The position numbers and the translations under genes are program-made. Below are positions 1-8,735 of a stretch of 36,551 nt of DNA, in pieces. The DNA is from Escherichia coli. Its GTDB lineage: Bacteria > Pseudomonadota > Gammaproteobacteria > Enterobacterales > Enterobacteriaceae. Every line of letters starts with the position of its first letter. The stretch's first letter is position 1. The stretch is taken from assembly GCF_003334765.1 (NCBI RefSeq), contig NZ_QOWT01000037.1; one strand, 5' to 3'. The notes under the pieces were generated by a model. It was not told the DNA's origin, ran no database searches, and saw nothing but the letters and a program-made list of their open reading frames with translations.

Positions 1-928
1 TAAGCGTAACCGACAGGTTCTCCTTCATACCATATTAAATTTTTCCAGGTATTGCCGCTGCCTTATTTCGTCCCATAAAGGAAAACTCATCTGGGTTTCT
101 GACAAATACGCGAAACTCACAGCCCCTCAATATCAACCACACGTTGTAAGCCGGTAATACCTGAAAATCAGCCTATTACCGCCCACGCCTCCGGCACCAT
201 TCCCTTTTGATTTCGAATTCTTTGTTGTCGCTATACCGCTTAATGTTCCCGGTCCTCCGGTGCAGATAACACCGGACTTATCGTAGCGCTGGCTAAAAGT
301 TCAGGTGACCAGAAGGAAGCAGGAACACGATCGTAAAGTTTGCGGTCAGTTCCGTCAGTCGGTGGGCAACCGCAGAGTTACGGGCTTCCAGGTCCACAGG
401 AGTGAGTCTATAACGCGTGTGAAAAATCATTTTTTCTGGCGTTGACAGAACACATTACAGGCTGCCACTTACCCGGTGTCCCGCAATACAGCCTTAGTGT
501 TCCGTTATCGGGGATCCGGACGCACCGCAACAACCGGGGAAGTATTTCTGGTTTAGAGCTGTGTCAAGAGGGATTTCTCAGCCCCTCACTCACCGGCTCA
601 GTCTCAGAGCAGGAGCATTAATACGCTCAGTTCATGTCTTATACAGGAATGGGCACAGGGGGAGCTGGCGTGTCACTGCTGATTTTACGCATCAGCGTTC
701 ATGTATTTGCACTCTGATACATGAACGATTCACAGCGCTCTGTTACCGGAGAGATTTACTCTCTTAGCTTACTCTGGCAAATCCTTTACGTTACTCTCTG
801 ATGACTTCTTATATTTATAATACCAATCAGACAGCCTTATCCCATCGGTGATACCGAAGCCGGTCTGCGCGCCGGCTGACCCGTCATCGTTAAACTATCA
901 TTCACCGATTTTCTGTGAGGATTTTATC

Positions 929-1297
929 GTGTCAGACACACTTTCCGGGACAACGCATCCCGATGACAATGACGACCATCCCTGGTGGGGACTACCCTGC
1001 ACAGTGACGCCCTGTTTCGGCGCCCGTCTGGTGCAGGAGGGTAACCGCCTGCATTACCTTGCCGACCGCGCCGGTATCAGAGGCCTGTTCAGCGATGCAG
1101 ATGCGTACCACCTGGACCAGGCCTTTCCGCTGCTGATGAAACAACTGGAACTCATGCTCACCAGCGGTGAACTGAATCCCCGCCATCAGCATACCGTCAC
1201 GCTGTATGCAAAAGGTCTGACCTGCAAAGCTGACACTCTCGGTAGCGGTGGTTACGTTTATCTGGCTGTTTATCCGACGCCCGAAACGAAAAAGTAA
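929..1297 (+). CDS. CbeA/YeeU/YfjZ-family antitoxin of a type IV toxin-antitoxin pair
   Basis: ORF 848..1297 translation contains [37 protein letters not shown]..., typical of the YeeU/CbeA family (about 122 aa). In-frame GTG at 929 gives VSDTLSGTT... and a 122-aa product; the ATG at 848 would add a 27-aa extension. Paralog cannot be assigned. Confidence 0.8.
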   Translation: MSDTLSGTTHPDDNDDHPWWGLPCTVTPCFGARLVQEGNRLHYLADRAGIRGLFSDADAYHLDQAFPLLMKQLELMLTSGELNPRHQHTVTLYAKGLTCKADTLGSGGYVYLAVYPTPETKK

Positions 1298-1386
1298 ACC
1301 ACCGGAATAACCTTCTGCTCCGGCCTGGTGCTTTCACCACGCCACTTTTCCATTTTTCATCTCTGCATATCAGGAAAACCTTCAGT

Positions 1387-1761
1387 ATGAAAACATTACC
1401 CGATACACACGTACGGGAGGCATCGAGCTGCCCGTCTCCCGTCACCATCTGGCAGACTCTGCTCTCCCGACTACTGGGCCAGCATTACGGCCTTACACTG
1501 AATGACACACCGTTCGCCGATGAACGTGTGATTGAGCAGCATATTGAAGCTGGCATTTCACTGTGTGATGCGGTGAATTTTCTCGTGGAAAAATACGCGC
1601 TGGTGCGTACCGACCAGCCGGGATTCAGCACTTGTCCCCGCTCTCAGTTAATAAACAGTATTGATATCCTCCGGGCTCGCAGGGCGACCGGCCTGATGAC
1701 CCGCGACAATTACAGAACGGTAAATAACATTACCCTGGGTAAGCATCCGGAGAAACGATGA
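1387..1761 (+). CDS. CbtA/YeeV/YpjF/YkfI-family toxin (cytoskeleton-targeting, inhibits FtsZ/MreB)
   Basis: 124-aa [11 protein letters not shown]...[52 protein letters not shown]... matches the CbtA toxin family as recalled; sits directly downstream of the antitoxin gene. Confidence 0.85.
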   Translation: MKTLPDTHVREASSCPSPVTIWQTLLSRLLGQHYGLTLNDTPFADERVIEQHIEAGISLCDAVNFLVEKYALVRTDQPGFSTCPRSQLINSIDILRARRATGLMTRDNYRTVNNITLGKHPEKR

Positions 1762-2246
1762 AACTTTCCCTGATGCTGGAAGCCGACAGAATTAATGTGC
1801 AGGCACTGAACATGGGGCGAATTGTCGTTGACGTCGATGGTGTTAATCTCACTGAACTGATTAACAAGGTCGCTGAAAACGGTTATTCACTCCGCGTGGT
1901 GGAGGAATCCGACCAACAGTCAACCTGCACACTACCACCGTTTGCAACCCTTGCCGGCATACGCTGCAGTACCGCACATATCACGGAAAAGGATAACGCC
2001 TGGCTGTACTCGCTGTCGCATCAGACCAGTGACGTTGGTGAATCAGAATGGATTCATTTCACAGGTAGCGGATATCTGTTACGTACCGATGCGTGGTCAT
2101 ATCCGGTTCTGCGGCTTAAACGCCTGGGGCTGTCAAAAACGTTCCGTCGTCTGGTTATCACACTTACCCGACGTTATGGCGTCAGTCTCATTCATCTGGA
2201 TGCCAGCGCTGAATGCCTGCCGGGTTTACCCACTTTCAACTGGTAA
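1758..2246 (+). CDS. YeeW-like cryptic-prophage protein
   Basis: 162-aa ORF whose start overlaps the toxin stop (ATGA at 1758-1761); position and sequence are consistent with the yeeW-type gene that follows cbtA in CP4-like elements. Confidence 0.6.
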   Translation: MKLSLMLEADRINVQALNMGRIVVDVDGVNLTELINKVAENGYSLRVVEESDQQSTCTLPPFATLAGIRCSTAHITEKDNAWLYSLSHQTSDVGESEWIHFTGSGYLLRTDAWSYPVLRLKRLGLSKTFRRLVITLTRRYGVSLIHLDASAECLPGLPTFNW

Positions 2247-2257
2247 CCAGGAACAAC

Positions 2258-2455
2258 ATGAAATCATTAACCACGGAAACCGCACTGGATATTCTGATTG
2301 CGTGGCTGCAGGACAATATCGACTGCGAATCGGGAATTATCTTTGACAACAATGAGGATAAAACGGATTCAGCAGCACTGTTGCCCTGTATCGAACAGGC
2401 CAGAGAGGATATCCGTACCCTGCGCCAACTGCAGCTTCAGCACCAGAACCGGTGA
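2258..2455 (+). CDS. small hypothetical prophage-associated protein (65 aa)
   Basis: ATG at 2258 preceded by aggaac; product MKSLTTETALDILIAWLQDNIDCESG...; the longer ORF-track start at 2213 overlaps the upstream gene. Family not assigned. Confidence 0.4.
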   Translation: MKSLTTETALDILIAWLQDNIDCESGIIFDNNEDKTDSAALLPCIEQAREDIRTLRQLQLQHQNR

Positions 2456-2932
2456 GTCTTACTCACCAGACTTCATTCCACTGACGCCAGCCTGAACAGG
2501 GCTGGCATTTTCATTTATCTGCAAAAAGGAATATCGATTATGTCTGATATCACAGCCTACCGTCCGGAAGTGGTCAACGAGAATACGGACGTTATCTGCT
2601 CAACCAGCATCCGCCGCATTCTGGCTGTACGAAAGAGTTCACTGCTGCAAATCGACACAATTATCCGGCATCAAGTGAGCGATATCAGTTAACAGATATA
2701 GATGGAGAAGATGCTTTTATCCGGATTGGTTCTATCGCGATGGTGCGAGTACTACTTGATGCAATGAAGCCTGTCGAGGAAGATGACGAGTAACAGAGCT
2801 CGGTATCTCAATCAGGAGCTGATTGTCCTGGTTCGATGCCGAAAACCAGTGATTTTTCGTGTTGGTATCTGTGTTGGTATAAGATGATATTGTTTATTAT
2901 TAACAATTTTAAATCATGAGGTTAAGTCACAT

Positions 2933-2970
2933 GTTTGAGTCCGGCCTTCGCACCTTCGCACCTTCGCACC
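2933..2970. repeat. tRNA-Leu (leuX) 3'-end-like segment followed by 3 tandem copies of cttcgcac; probable island att remnant
   Basis: tttGAGTCCGGCCTTCGCACC resembles the T-arm/acceptor end of tRNA-Leu(CAA) as I recall it (GGTTCGAGTCCGGCCTTCGGCACCA); the 8-mer cttcgcac repeats at 2946-2953, 2954-2961 and 2962-2969. Confidence 0.5.
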
Positions 2971-3172
2971 ATCGGAACATCAATAGACATCAACGGACGT
3001 TTTTTTATGACTGAAATCCGCGCCACACAAGGCTTTTCGCTATTTTTCGCTCAACCTAAGTCAACCTACATCAACTTACTGATGTGGATACAGCTACAGC
3101 TGCGGCTATACCCCGATTCGATAATGTTTGTACCCACACAAAACCCTTGAAAGGCTACAAGGCTGAAATTGT

Positions 3173-3657
3173 CTAAACCATAGAGATGATTTTTATGATC
3201 CAGTCTTTCTCTTGTTGAGATAGTTCCAGTTTGCTCACTCGTGTTAAGAAGGTATTGATCACCTGAACATCCGAATTGGTGAGCCTATTTAATAGAGCGG
3301 GTGGTATACCTTTACTAACAATCGCTTTGCGGTGACTTTCGTAGTTTTTATTACTCATTGTTGATCCTAAAAAATCATTGTATGGCGGCATTGATCGTTT
3401 CCAGCAACCTTTACTTACTCACTTCGAACTGCATCCTCGTAGACAGTTCCACTACAATAATCGAAAAGGCGCGGATGTCCATTCAGGTATCCCGCTAATA
3501 CGTATAGCAATAACAATGGCTTATGCGGCGCGCGCTGTTCACCCTTGTGCCAGATTTTTATATTGGCAATTGCCTGCTGTAGCGATTTACTGGAAGCTAT
3601 TGATATCCCTGGCAGTGAAATAATTGCGATCATGCTCGCAAATTTTCTGCTGTTCAA
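3173..3657 (-). pseudogene. frameshifted gene of unknown function
   Basis: Two same-strand ORFs (3415..3657 and 3173..3391). The downstream frame is open from 3418, immediately after the upstream stop at 3415-3417, so a single frameshift in the ttacttactc tract would fuse them into a protein of about 160 aa. Confidence 0.35.
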
Positions 3658-3736
3658 GCCTGCAAGTGAAGATATATTACCTTGATCTCATTTGTTTTTT
3701 TGCTGCCTGTTCTGAGAACGTATAAGGACATTCTCC

Positions 3737-4387
3737 ATGAATAAACTCCCTGATCATCTTCCGCGGCGGTATATCATCGAAGCTATCCATTTATGGGATG
3801 CGGGAGAAACTCATCAGTTCCAGCCTGCGCGGTTGTATGAGATTGAATATCATGGCCGACGTTACCCCTCGAAGGCGATTGCTGGCATCGCAGCGACATT
3901 GATGACGGGGACGCAATTTACCCCTGCGGATTTCACCGGCGGAATAAAATCTAAATGTGTCAAGCTACTCATAGAGCAGGGATTTCATATTCATCTGGAT
4001 AAAGCCGCTGCGGCTCCCATAGCCGACGTTCTGTTCCCGGATGAGTTGCCGTCGCAGGAGACATACCTTGAAGGTGCGGCGATAAAGGTGACAGTAAACC
4101 GCTATGAACGCGATAAAAAGGCCCGAGATAAAGCGGTCGAACATCATGGATGCCAGTGCAACGTATGCGGTGTTGATCTGGTGAAGATCTATGGTGATAT
4201 CGCTGAAGGCTTTATCCATGTGCATCACCTGGTGCCGCTGTCAGCCATTAAAGAGGATTACCAGCTGGATCCAGTTAATGATTTGCTGCCTGTGTACCCT
4301 AATTGCCATGCGATGTTGCACCGACGCAAACCACCGTTTACGCCGGGGCAGTTAAAAGCGCTGATGGATGCGAATAAATCAAATTAA
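3737..4387 (+). CDS. HNH endonuclease, McrA-like C-terminal nuclease domain with an unassigned ~100-aa N-terminal domain
   Basis: 216-aa ORF; the C-terminus has HHGCQCNVCG...IHVHHLVPLS...YPNCHAMLH, a classic HNH (beta-beta-alpha-Me) motif resembling the McrA nuclease domain. aggaca lies upstream of the ATG. Confidence 0.7.
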   Translation: MNKLPDHLPRRYIIEAIHLWDAGETHQFQPARLYEIEYHGRRYPSKAIAGIAATLMTGTQFTPADFTGGIKSKCVKLLIEQGFHIHLDKAAAAPIADVLFPDELPSQETYLEGAAIKVTVNRYERDKKARDKAVEHHGCQCNVCGVDLVKIYGDIAEGFIHVHHLVPLSAIKEDYQLDPVNDLLPVYPNCHAMLHRRKPPFTPGQLKALMDANKSN

Positions 4388-4394
4388 TGAACGC

Positions 4395-5375
4395 TCACCT
4401 TTCGCGCCAAAACTGCAAAATTGCTTCTACAAACTTGTCAGAAATAATCCCCCGACGGGCTGCCGTGCTGAAATGACTGCTTCGCAGTGCCGTCGTCCAG
4501 TTCTCCGGTGACCGGTACGCTGAACCGTAATATCCCGTGCTTAAATCGTCCGGGTCTTCATCAGGCGCGTTCGTCAGTCCTCTTTCACCTTGTTGCTGGA
4601 AGTCGACGAAAATAATATTGGCTAAAACATTATTTTGATAATTGCCATAAATAACTTCATACGCATGAGGGAAATTTTCTTTCCAGTACCAGGTGGTATC
4701 GCCGCAAAACCACGGTGCGTCAGTAATATTATTAAGCTGAGAATGGTATTGTTTTAGATCCCTACGAAAGGCTTCAACCATATGATTAAAGTGTTGAGGG
4801 TGTGACGCGTAGTCACTGGTCATTAAGTCAAATTCGCCTTGCATCCAGCATACGCCGAGGAATTTGTTATGCGGATTTTTTGCCAGTGCGGCTCGCGTTC
4901 TGCTGACTAAATCCTGGTATAGCGGAGTATCCGTTCCCCAACGACAAGCATCATGGCTGGCTCCGTGCCGTTCTGAATATGTCCCTTCGCTGCCCGCGGT
5001 AAAAGCCGATCCGCCACGGCAACACGGAACGATGAGAACCCCTGCATTATCAGGAATAAAGGGCAGTAATTTCCGTGCTATATGCAGTGCCTGGCCAACG
5101 GTGCCGTACTGTGTTTGATGATTCGTTGCCAGAGGATGGTGATAACCCTGCATATCCTGAACATCGTGTGGGCAGTGAGTCAGTGGAATAATGTCGTTAA
5201 AGTGACATGACGGGCCTCCGGGATGCGTATGCGCAAATCTCGCTAATTGTTTAATTCTGGGATGAGGCGCATCTTCCCTGTCCGGTAATGGCAGTCCTTC
5301 GCCATACGCCATGGCATTAGACTGACCAGCAACGGTAAGAATATAGTAATAATCAGGCGATATTATTGCGTTCAT
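4395..5375 (-). CDS. nanS: 9-O-acetyl-N-acetylneuraminate esterase
   Basis: ORF 4395..5402 matches NanS/YjhS; start placed at the internal ATG (MNAIISPDYYYILTVAGQSNA...) for a 326-aa product. Confidence 0.9.
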   Translation of the reverse strand: MNAIISPDYYYILTVAGQSNAMAYGEGLPLPDREDAPHPRIKQLARFAHTHPGGPSCHFNDIIPLTHCPHDVQDMQGYHHPLATNHQTQYGTVGQALHIARKLLPFIPDNAGVLIVPCCRGGSAFTAGSEGTYSERHGASHDACRWGTDTPLYQDLVSRTRAALAKNPHNKFLGVCWMQGEFDLMTSDYASHPQHFNHMVEAFRRDLKQYHSQLNNITDAPWFCGDTTWYWKENFPHAYEVIYGNYQNNVLANIIFVDFQQQGERGLTNAPDEDPDDLSTGYYGSAYRSPENWTTALRSSHFSTAARRGIISDKFVEAILQFWRER

Positions 5376-5439
5376 ATAAATTTCGCGTAATTGAAATGAC
5401 AAATTGATAGCAGGGCCCCTTTACCGGGGCCCTGAAGCG

Positions 5440-6546
5440 TTAGTTTTGTACTGTGACTTTATTATCCTTCACAGAAATTAAAACTGAATCCATCACTGCT
5501 TTGCCGCCTGCAGTTTCACCGCCAATAATTAATAAACTATTATTCCAGGGCAATGATACTCCGTAGGCCCGACCTTGCGATAATTCACCCGATTTATCCC
5601 ATTTCCCGTTATACCAAAGATGAATATCAGCGCTATATGATTTTTTCAGGCCTTCATGCGCATAGTTCTTACCGTTCTGGTAATTTTCTCGTGAACCTTT
5701 GAATCCGGCCCCTCCAGCAAATATAAGAGAATCATTGCTTATCCCCGCAAAACCGCCAGCGACGCCATCTGGTGATGAGACGGGATCAAGCTTATTCCAT
5801 TTTAAATTATCACCGGTGAAGTCAAGTTCAAATACGGCATCCGTTCGCAATCCTGGTTTGGCTTCGCCATTAATAAGCCAGGTTTTATCACCTTTATTCA
5901 CAACCGCCGCACCAGCCGTTCCGTACCAGGGAGATTCGCCAGCGTAACTCCATTGCTGTGTTGAGGGATCAAAAGACAACAGAAACTTATTGAAGAAATA
6001 ATCTTCTGCTTTTTTGTCAAAATAGTAGGCGTTGATTTTATCTATAGCGGTTGAATCTTTTCCAGCTTCGTTGAGATCTTCAAAATAGCCATTGAAGATA
6101 TTCTGGTTAACACCGCCAGTAACATAAGCCTTGCCGTTGTGTACAAAAGTCACATGGCCCGCCATGCCCATCGGCGCGTGCGACATCAATTTAACCCAGC
6201 TATTGGTTTTGGGGTTGTATTTGTGTACGTCATTAAATACCTGAGTCAAGCCCTCGCTGTTTTTGCCAATGCCGCCAAACACATACAGATTGCCATCAAT
6301 AAATGCAGAGGTTGCTTGATCTCTCGGTCCGCCAGGGAATGCAGCTAACGCTGTCCATCTTTTATCTTTGGCCTGTGTATCCAGCTTGTACCATGCCGTA
6401 CCTGCGCTACCTAAACCAATGTAGACAGTGTCGTTATCAATTGCTCCGGTACCACTTTTAAATGGCACAGGAGTTTCCGGTAATACAGACGCGTTTGCGG
6501 CAAATGAAGCCATTATGATAGTAAGCGCCGTTATTGTTTTATTCAT
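5440..6546 (-). CDS. nanM: N-acetylneuraminate mutarotase (Kelch-repeat periplasmic protein)
   Basis: ORF 5440..6654 matches NanM/YjhT; start placed at MNKTITALTIIMASFAANA (signal peptide) for 368 aa. Confidence 0.9.
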   Translation of the reverse strand: MNKTITALTIIMASFAANASVLPETPVPFKSGTGAIDNDTVYIGLGSAGTAWYKLDTQAKDKRWTALAAFPGGPRDQATSAFIDGNLYVFGGIGKNSEGLTQVFNDVHKYNPKTNSWVKLMSHAPMGMAGHVTFVHNGKAYVTGGVNQNIFNGYFEDLNEAGKDSTAIDKINAYYFDKKAEDYFFNKFLLSFDPSTQQWSYAGESPWYGTAGAAVVNKGDKTWLINGEAKPGLRTDAVFELDFTGDNLKWNKLDPVSSPDGVAGGFAGISNDSLIFAGGAGFKGSRENYQNGKNYAHEGLKKSYSADIHLWYNGKWDKSGELSQGRAYGVSLPWNNSLLIIGGETAGGKAVMDSVLISVKDNKVTVQN

Positions 6547-6565
6547 TGTGACTGTCTCCTGTCTA

Positions 6566-7282
6566 CTACAGTTTAAATGACACACCAATGCGATAACTGT
6601 TTTCCGATAAATTATCTCTGCCGTTGTAAACACCCTGACGGTCAAGGTAGTCATATTCTATGTATGGCGTAATATCGGGCGTCATATGGTATTGTAGAAC
6701 AAATGCATTTTCCGTCGCCCATTTCTTATGGTTTGCATAGCGATAATCGTTCTGTTTACTGTATAGCGTCGTTTGCCATGCGAAGGTGAAATCACTATTA
6801 ATATGGTAAGTGACATATCCATCCCAACGATGAACGTTATCACGAGACATATCACCAGATAAGTCTTGTTGTCGGTAAGCTTTCCAGTCGTAACGATAGC
6901 GAATGCCAAAATTAAGATCTTTTGTCGCGTCCCAGGACAGTTTTACGTAGGGTCCGTAGCGTGTGCCATTGCTGCTAAAATGCGTTAACATTCCCGGGCG
7001 CACCGTCCATTGATCATCAAGTTTAATCGCGTAATTAACTTCAACCTGAACATCATTGAGTGCGGCATTTTCCTTTTTATTATCATGAATGGTATTCCAG
7101 GTATTACTTTCCATGCTTGCCCACCATCCATTTTGCCATCCCTCACTGACTTTGAGTCGAGTCTCATAGGCGTGGCTTCCACTACGATATCCACCACGTA
7201 CGTCCAGTGTCGCAGCCTGAGAAATTAATGGGGACGAAAAGCACAGTAATAATACGCTAGAAAGTATTTTAGCCTTTTTCAT
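6566..7282 (-). CDS. nanC: N-acetylneuraminic acid outer-membrane channel (KdgM family)
   Basis: ORF 6566..7291 matches NanC/YjhA (MKKAKILSSVLLLCFSSPLISQAATLDVRGGYRSG...); ATG at 7282 chosen, GTG at 7291 is an alternative. Confidence 0.9.
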   Translation of the reverse strand: MKKAKILSSVLLLCFSSPLISQAATLDVRGGYRSGSHAYETRLKVSEGWQNGWWASMESNTWNTIHDNKKENAALNDVQVEVNYAIKLDDQWTVRPGMLTHFSSNGTRYGPYVKLSWDATKDLNFGIRYRYDWKAYRQQDLSGDMSRDNVHRWDGYVTYHINSDFTFAWQTTLYSKQNDYRYANHKKWATENAFVLQYHMTPDITPYIEYDYLDRQGVYNGRDNLSENSYRIGVSFKL

Positions 7283-7707
7283 AAATTTCACTCATTTGTA
7301 GGATACAGAAAGCAATACAAAGCCCGCATAAACAATTAGCATTTATGTTGTGTAATATTTTTTTGCCAGACTTATAGTGTCTTTGGCAACCGGTAGCTGT
7401 ATTTTATATTTTTTGTATAATATCTCCTGTGAAAAATCTCTTTCCACATTATTTAAATAAACAGAGGGCCAGATTAAATACCTGAGTATAAAATCTCTGC
7501 TGATGTTTAATTGATTTGAATTTTCGTAAGCTATATCGCTTACTCAATCCATTTTACCCAGAGTCATAAAATAGAGTGTCTGTTGATCTCATTTTCATAT
7601 TCCTTTCAGACTGAAGTGCGTTTTCATCACCCGATGAGAAAGAACTGAAGTGATGTTTGCCATAGATTACGAGATGCCCAGTCTCATTGACTATCGCGGT
7701 GCACCTT

Positions 7708-7722
7708 TATACCTGTTATACC
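7708..7722. promoter_or_regulatory. NanR operator (GGTATA repeats) with adjacent Dam GATC site
   Basis: tatacctgttatacc is the reverse complement of GGTATAACAGGTATA; GATC follows at 7724-7727. It lies about 420 bp upstream of nanC and about 1 kb upstream of fimB, matching the known NanR site controlling nanC and fimB. Confidence 0.7.
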
Positions 7723-8735
7723 AGATCAAAAATCACGCAATCCATACAACAAAACCAGATTTGCAATTCGTGTCACAAAATATGTCGATCTTTTCCTAAG
7801 AAGCAGATGCCATGTGAAGACAGACGAACACTTGCATTGGTCTTCAAAAACTAAAGGTTTTCTTTTAACAATCTGTTTTGTAAATAATTTATTTAGAATC
7901 TAAACAAAGAAAGCTTTGCAAGCTAACTCAGTGAGCTTGGTGAAAATAAGTGTTTACCCGCCATCAGGCTGAGTATAATTCTCATCATGAAATATGTTTC
8001 TTGGTTTGTGGCTTGTAACTGGTCACTCCTGATGTCGATCTGGAGAGGCTTGTTGATGTTGGTGTTTTCAGGATGATGTTTCACTTAGTTTGTTTGCCGT
8101 ATCGCCCGGCGAATAGCTGTGATTGAGGAAGGTTTAAGTCGTAGTGACCAAAGCCATAGTTACCAACGGATGTAGATGAAAAAGCGTCGCCTGCGTTCCC
8201 CCATATCTCCAGGATAAAAGGGAATGTAACAATCTCATGGCCTAAGCTGACGAACCAGGCAGGAATAATCGCTAGGGATCTAAGAATTAGCATGATAATA
8301 GCCACTAAAAAATTACTGCGTTCCATGAAATAGCCATTTTGTGGCAAATGCAGTTGACTAATAATGTCATATGTGAGACGGCTAGTTGAACGAATATTAA
8401 ATTTTGCTGAATTTTTTATGTTGATTTTACTTGTTACAGAACATATCACATGATATATAGATAAGATTAGTTGCATTAATGATGAGGGTTATTATTCGAT
8501 TCGTATCAGATTTATAAATATATAAAGGTACATAGCATGCAAGAGCATGGCGTTTGTATGGCAAAGTTATTATAAGTAACTATCGCTACTCCATTTAAGT
8601 TCACTCAGAAGAACTGGTCCACTTACGTTAGTTATTAAGCAAACGTTCGCTTTTATAAACATAATCAGGATTAAAATGTTGGATTATTGCTAACCCAGCA
8701 CAGCTAGTGCGCGTCTGTAATTATAAGGGAAAACG

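Noticed and set aside
561-767. 68-aa plus-strand ORF upstream of the antitoxin gene
   Set aside because: Arg/Ser/His-rich translation with no family resemblance and no SD; bases 1-928 look like degenerate non-coding island DNA.
848-928. ATG-initiated N-terminal extension of the CbeA-like antitoxin
   Set aside because: Family members are about 122 aa and begin MSDTL...; the in-frame GTG at 929 reproduces that length, so the extension is probably not translated (not excluded).
2946-2969. Possible CRISPR-like array
   Set aside because: Only three 8-bp tandem units with no spacers; far too short for a CRISPR repeat. Better explained as iterated tRNA 3'-end/att core. No CRISPR array exists anywhere in the window.
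8081-8476. 131-aa minus-strand ORF in the nanC-fimB intergenic region
   Set aside because: Lies in a long AT-rich regulatory region known to be non-coding; low-complexity translation, no convincing ribosome-binding site, no recognisable family. Most likely a chance ORF.
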